Source of the DNA: Marivita sp.
GTDB lineage: Bacteria; Pseudomonadota; Alphaproteobacteria; Rhodobacterales; Rhodobacteraceae
Reading direction: 5' to 3'
DNA length: 64,000 nucleotides
Assembly (NCBI GenBank): GCA_043585115.1
Contig: CP121326.1
Span: 370,618-434,617, forward strand
Below, piece after piece: positions 59,541 to 64,000 of this stretch. Positions within the stretch are counted from its first letter, which is position 1; each line of letters starts with the position of its first letter. The translations under genes and the position numbers were made by a program. The notes under the pieces were generated by a model, which saw only the letters and a program-made list of their open reading frames with translations, searched no databases and was not told the DNA's origin.

Positions 59541-59972
59541 ATGCCCGCCAGTTTCCAGATCCTGCCCCAACACAATCTTGTCTATGTCCGCTACAGCGGG
59601 CTGATGCTGGTTGAGGACAGCCTCAAGGCCTTTGGCACCTATGCGCAACACCCAGACGCGCGGCCAGGCCAACGCCATTTGATCGACCTCAGCCGCATCA
59701 CCGACATGGAGCGCGACTTTGCACGGGTGATGCAGTTGCAAGCTGCCAAAGGCGCGGATCTCGCAATGCGCGAGACCGAGACGCTGATGGTCTATTTCGC
59801 CAACACACCCGTATCGCGCAAGGCGGCGGCACTGGCCAAGAACGGCTGGTCGGCGGGCCATGGCGTGATTTCCATCGTGCAGGAGACCGAAGAGGCCGCA
59901 CTGGCCGCGTTGGGGCTGAACGCAGACTCCATCGATGCGCTGCTCGAAGAGGCGGTGCGGCGGATCCCCTGA
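59541..59972 (+). CDS. Hypothetical protein, tandem paralog B
   Basis: 143 aa; HNLVYVRYSG...PGQRHLIDL. Confidence 0.72.
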   Translation: MPASFQILPQHNLVYVRYSGLMLVEDSLKAFGTYAQHPDARPGQRHLIDLSRITDMERDFARVMQLQAAKGADLAMRETETLMVYFANTPVSRKAAALAKNGWSAGHGVISIVQETEEAALAALGLNADSIDALLEEAVRRIP

Positions 59973-60060
59973 TCACGACGGTCACTGACGGCGCGATAAC
60001 AGTTTTTGCATTTCCCCCAACAAGCGGTCATTTTGGGATCACGCAATTGGGAGCTGTACC

Positions 60061-61188
60061 ATGCAGGAACCGCCATTCAGCATCGGGATCGAAGAGGAAT
60101 ACCTGCTGGTCGATCTCGACAGCATGGCTTTGGCGCAAGCGCCAGAAGGTCTGATGGAGGCCTGCGCTGCCGAGCTTGAAAGCCAGGTCAGCCCGGAATT
60201 CCTTCAGTGCCAGATCGAGATTGGCACCAAGGTGTGCGCGGATATCAACGAGGCGCGCGAGGATCTCAAACGTCTGCGCAGCACTGTGGCGCGCTGTGCC
60301 AAGGCTTATAACCTTGCGCCAATCGCCGCCTCCTGCCACCCGTTCGGGGATTGGAAGAACCAGCACCACACCAACAAGGACCGCTATAACGCGCTTCAGG
60401 ATGCGTTGGGTGGTGTGGTCCGCCGGATGCTGATCTGTGGGATGCATGTGCATGTCGGGCTTGAAGATGATGCCCTGCGGGCCGACCTGATGGGGCAAAT
60501 GGCGTATTTCCTGCCGCATCTGCTGGCCATGTCGACCTCTTCACCTTTTTGGCAGGGAGAAGATACCGGGCTTGCGTCTTATCGGATTTCGGTTTTCGAC
60601 AACCTGCCCCGCACCGGCTTGCCGCCGACTTTTGACAATTGGTCGGAATACGAACGGTCGGTTCAGGTCTTGGTCGATCTGGGCGTGATCGAGGACAGCT
60701 CAAAAATCTGGTGGGATCTGCGCCCGTCGCACAGCTTTCCCACGCTTGAGACCCGCATCATGGATGTTCAGCCCCTGCTTGAAGACACACTGACGCTCGC
60801 GGCACTGAACCAGTGCCTGATGCGGATGCTGTGGCGTCTACGGGTCCGCAACCAGCGCTGGCGGCGGTATGATCCGTTCCTGATCAGCGAAAACCGTTGG
60901 CGTGCGCAACGCTATGGGGTGAGCGATGGGCTGATTGATTTCGGCCGGGGAGAAATTGTCCCGATGGCCGAACTCACCGAAGAACTGATCGGGTTGATCG
61001 AAGAAGATGCCGGCATCCTTCGCTGCGCCCGAGAATTGGAGCGCAGCCGCGAGATTGTCACGCAGGGCAACGGAACCAGCCGACAGCGCGCCGTCGTGGC
61101 CGAGGCGAAAGCGGCTGGTCAGGATGCTGACGGCCAAATGCGTGCGGCCGTCGGTCATTTGGTCGACGCTTTTCACGACGGACTTTGA
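60061..61188 (+). CDS. Carboxylate-amine ligase (YbdK/GCS2 family)
   Basis: [40 protein letters not shown]...[18 protein letters not shown]. Confidence 0.92.
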   Translation: MQEPPFSIGIEEEYLLVDLDSMALAQAPEGLMEACAAELESQVSPEFLQCQIEIGTKVCADINEAREDLKRLRSTVARCAKAYNLAPIAASCHPFGDWKNQHHTNKDRYNALQDALGGVVRRMLICGMHVHVGLEDDALRADLMGQMAYFLPHLLAMSTSSPFWQGEDTGLASYRISVFDNLPRTGLPPTFDNWSEYERSVQVLVDLGVIEDSSKIWWDLRPSHSFPTLETRIMDVQPLLEDTLTLAALNQCLMRMLWRLRVRNQRWRRYDPFLISENRWRAQRYGVSDGLIDFGRGEIVPMAELTEELIGLIEEDAGILRCARELERSREIVTQGNGTSRQRAVVAEAKAAGQDADGQMRAAVGHLVDAFHDGL

Positions 61189-61264
61189 CCTCTTGCAAAA
61201 GTCCTGAAACAGTTGGAAATTAAACACTCGTTCATTTCACGCATCCAACGGGAGGAGCGGCGCG

Positions 61265-62404
61265 ATGGATTTTGCCCTGACAGAAGAACAGACAGCGATT
61301 TTCGACATGGCCTATGCCTTTGGCCAAGATCATATCGCCCCGCATGCGCGCGATTGGGAGGCACAGGGCACCATCCCGAAAGACCTCTGGCCCAAGCTGG
61401 GTGAACTTGGATTCGCCGGGCTCTATGTTTCTGAGGACAGCGGCGGCTCTGGCCTGAGCAGGTTGGACGCGACCTTGGTGTTTGAGGCCCTTTCGATGGC
61501 CTGTCCGTCGGTCGCGGCGTTTCTGTCGATCCACAATATGTGCGCCAAGATGATCGACAGCTTTGCAAGTGACGACATGAAAGCGCGGGTGTTGCCCAAG
61601 GCCATGACGATGGAAACCGTTCTGAGTTATTGCCTGACGGAACCCGGCAGCGGGTCGGACGCAGCGGCGTTGAAAACCCGCGCAGATCGGACAAACGAGG
61701 GCTACACGCTGAATGGCACCAAGGCGTTCATTTCGGGCGGTGGGTATTCAGACCTCTATGTTGCAATGGTGCGCACCGGCGATGCCGGGCCCAAAGGCGT
61801 GTCAGCGGTCTTGATCGAAGATGGCACGGCCGGGCTGAGCTTTGGCGGGCTTGAGGACAAGATGGGCTGGCGCAGCCAACCCACACGGCAGGTCCAGTTC
61901 GACGATTGCAAAATCCCTTCGGACAATCTGCTGGGTGAAGAAGGCCACGGGTTCAAATACGCTATGGCAGGATTGGACGGCGGTCGGCTGAACATCGCAG
62001 CCTGTTCTTTGGGCGCGGCACAAACCGGTCTGACCTCGACGCTTGCGTATATGTCGGAACGCAAAGCCTTTGGGCAGTCCATAGACCAGTTTCAGGCGCT
62101 GCAATTCCGGCTGGCGGATATGGAAATCGAGCTTCAGGCTGCGCGCACGTTCTTGCGTCAGGCAGCCTGGAAGCTGGACACCGGTGCGCCCGATGCCACG
62201 AAATTCTGCGCCATGGCCAAGAAATTCGTCACCGAAGCCGGATCAAAGGTGGTCGACCAATGTCTGCAATTGCACGGCGGCTATGGCTATCTTGCTGATT
62301 ACGGCATCGAAAAACTGGTCCGTGATTTGCGCGTTCATCAGATCCTTGAAGGCACGAACGAGATCATGCGCCTGATCGTAGCACGTCAGATGCTGGCGAA
62401 ATGA
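61265..62404 (+). CDS. Acyl-CoA dehydrogenase (isobutyryl-CoA dehydrogenase-like)
   Basis: SYCLTEPGSGSDAA, GTKAFISG, GLDGGRLNIA, QLHGGYGY, RVHQILEGTNEIM. Confidence 0.92.
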   Translation: MDFALTEEQTAIFDMAYAFGQDHIAPHARDWEAQGTIPKDLWPKLGELGFAGLYVSEDSGGSGLSRLDATLVFEALSMACPSVAAFLSIHNMCAKMIDSFASDDMKARVLPKAMTMETVLSYCLTEPGSGSDAAALKTRADRTNEGYTLNGTKAFISGGGYSDLYVAMVRTGDAGPKGVSAVLIEDGTAGLSFGGLEDKMGWRSQPTRQVQFDDCKIPSDNLLGEEGHGFKYAMAGLDGGRLNIAACSLGAAQTGLTSTLAYMSERKAFGQSIDQFQALQFRLADMEIELQAARTFLRQAAWKLDTGAPDATKFCAMAKKFVTEAGSKVVDQCLQLHGGYGYLADYGIEKLVRDLRVHQILEGTNEIMRLIVARQMLAK

Positions 62405-62444
62405 TCTCTCCCCTGCCCCATACACGACCCAGAGACTTGCACAG

Positions 62445-63493
62445 ATGACCGACATCCATATCCGCAAGGACGGCCATGCGGGCCGCATCACGTTAAACCG
62501 TCCCAAAGCTTTGAACGCGCTCACGTACGAGATGTGTCTGGCTTTGGAAGATGCACTTTGGACGTGGCGCGCGGATCCGACAGTCAAACTGGTGTTGATT
62601 GATGCGGAGGGCGAAAAAGCGTTCTGTGCAGGTGGTGACATCGCCGAGATGTATGCCACAGGTACAGCGGGCGATTATGCCTACGGTCAGCGGTTCTGGC
62701 GCGACGAATACAGAATGAACGCGTTGATTGCCGAATATCCGAAACCCGTGGTCAGTTTCCTGCAGGGGTTTACCATGGGGGGTGGTGTCGGTGTTGGCTG
62801 TCACGGTTCGCATCGTGTTGTCGGAGATAGCTCCAAGATTGCCATGCCGGAATGTGGCATCGGATTGATCCCGGATGTTGGCGGATCGTATTTGCTGGCG
62901 CATGCTCCAGGGCGATTGGGCGAGTACTTGGGCATGACCACCGACCGGATGGGTCCGGGTGACGCGATCCATGTCGGGTTTGCCGATCTGTACCTTCCCG
63001 AGGACCAATGGGCGGCGTCAAAGCCACATTATGTGCAGACGGAAACCTAAGCGCACTGACCACAGCGGCAGGCCCTGCCCCGGCGGCCCCGCTCAAAGAC
63101 GCGCAATCACAGATCGACGCGCTTTTTTCGGGGCGCACATTGACCGAAATTGTTCAGGCGTTGCGAGCCGACACAAGTGACTTTGCCCAGTCCGCTTTTA
63201 CCAAGATGACACGCAGCGCGCCGCTGTCTCTGGCGTGTACGGTCGAAATCCTGCACCGGCTTCGCGCCGAACAAGGCGATTTCCGGCAGGCGCTACACCT
63301 GGAGTACCGCTTTACCTCGCGGTCAATGGAGCACGGTGATTTCATCGAAGGCATCCGTGCGGCGATTATCGACAAAGACAAATCCCCGAAATGGTCGCAT
63401 GATCTGGACGGGGTGTCCGACGCGGATGTTGCTGCGATGCTGCGGCCGGTAGAGGGCGATACAGTGACTTTCGAACAGAGGAGCGAGCCATGA
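62445..63493 (+). pseudogene. 3-hydroxyisobutyryl-CoA hydrolase (crotonase family), split by a 1-nt frameshift near 63010
   Basis: N-half 62445-63050 (LNRPKALNAL, FCAGGDI, MGGGVG, MPECGIG) and C-half 63008-63493 (DFIEGIRAAIIDKDKSPKW) lie in different frames. Confidence 0.8.
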
Positions 63494-64000
63494 AAATCGG
63501 GTTTATTGGACTGGGAAACATGGGGGCTCCCATGGCAGCCAATCTGGCGAAGGCAGGCCATGATGTCATCGGCTATGACATGGCGACTGTCACCGTGAAC
63601 GGTGTGTCGAACGCCCGCACCGCAGCCGAGGCCGCCGATGGCGCAGACGTGGTCATCACGATGCTGCCCAATGGCGATATCCTGCGTGCCGTGGCTGCAC
63701 AGATCATTCCGGCGATGCGCGAAGGTGCCGTCCTTTTGGATTGCTCGACCGTCGACGTGGACAGCGCACGTGCTGTGGCTGCAGATGCCGAGGCCGCAGG
63801 CTTACTGCCCCTGGACGCACCGGTTTCCGGAGGCATTGGCGGAGCCGCGGGTGGCACGCTGACATTTATGGTTGGCGGATCTGACACAGCCTACCAAACC
63901 GCACTGCCGCTTTTTGAAATAATGGGGCAGAAATCTGTCCATTGTGGCGCCTCCGGAAACGGACAGGCGGCCAAGATTTGCAACAACATGATCCTTGGCG
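63490..64000 (+). CDS. mmsB: 3-hydroxyisobutyrate dehydrogenase (5' part; runs off the window)
   Basis: MKIGFIGLGNMGAPMAANL, TMLPNG, DCSTVD, DAPVSGG, GQAAKICNNMILG. Confidence 0.94.
   Translation, partial: MKIGFIGLGNMGAPMAANLAKAGHDVIGYDMATVTVNGVSNARTAAEAADGADVVITMLPNGDILRAVAAQIIPAMREGAVLLDCSTVDVDSARAVAADAEAAGLLPLDAPVSGGIGGAAGGTLTFMVGGSDTAYQTALPLFEIMGQKSVHCGASGNGQAAKICNNMILG

Overview
A 64-kb stretch of a GC-rich alphaproteobacterial chromosome; gene content and order fit Rhodobacterales, probably the Roseobacter group. Most of it is housekeeping backbone: mfd, hemB, ctaA, gyrA, olsBA, chpT, bamE-yceD-rpmF-plsX-fabH-ihfA, scpAB-nagZ-SPOR-argS, dgt-erpA-xth, bolA-grxD, zapA, tkt, two gap genes, coaD, and a LysR-linked mmsA/valine catabolism cluster, plus tRNA-Gly(CCC) and tRNA-Pro(GGG). 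Small accessory genes are interspersed. The best candidate for an undescribed system is a two-gene cassette between erpA and xth (39838-41514, minus strand). It encodes a 163-aa protein made of a 21-aa leader and seven 20-aa Thr/Ser/Cys/Asp-rich units ending in FTTSCAP, whose DNA copies differ almost only at synonymous sites. A 358-aa uncharacterised protein with candidate His/Glu/His catalytic motifs follows it. This layout resembles a multi-core RiPP precursor plus a maturase of no class I recognise (inference). Other notable items are an orphan ribosome-inactivating-protein-like gene (EAARF...NNW), an orphan lipase-like gene, two translationally coupled small membrane ORFs between bolA and grxD, a DnaA-box cluster, a perfect CtrA box, a CIRCE-like site and a frameshifted 3-hydroxyisobutyryl-CoA hydrolase. 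All calls come from reading motifs by eye; no database searches were run.
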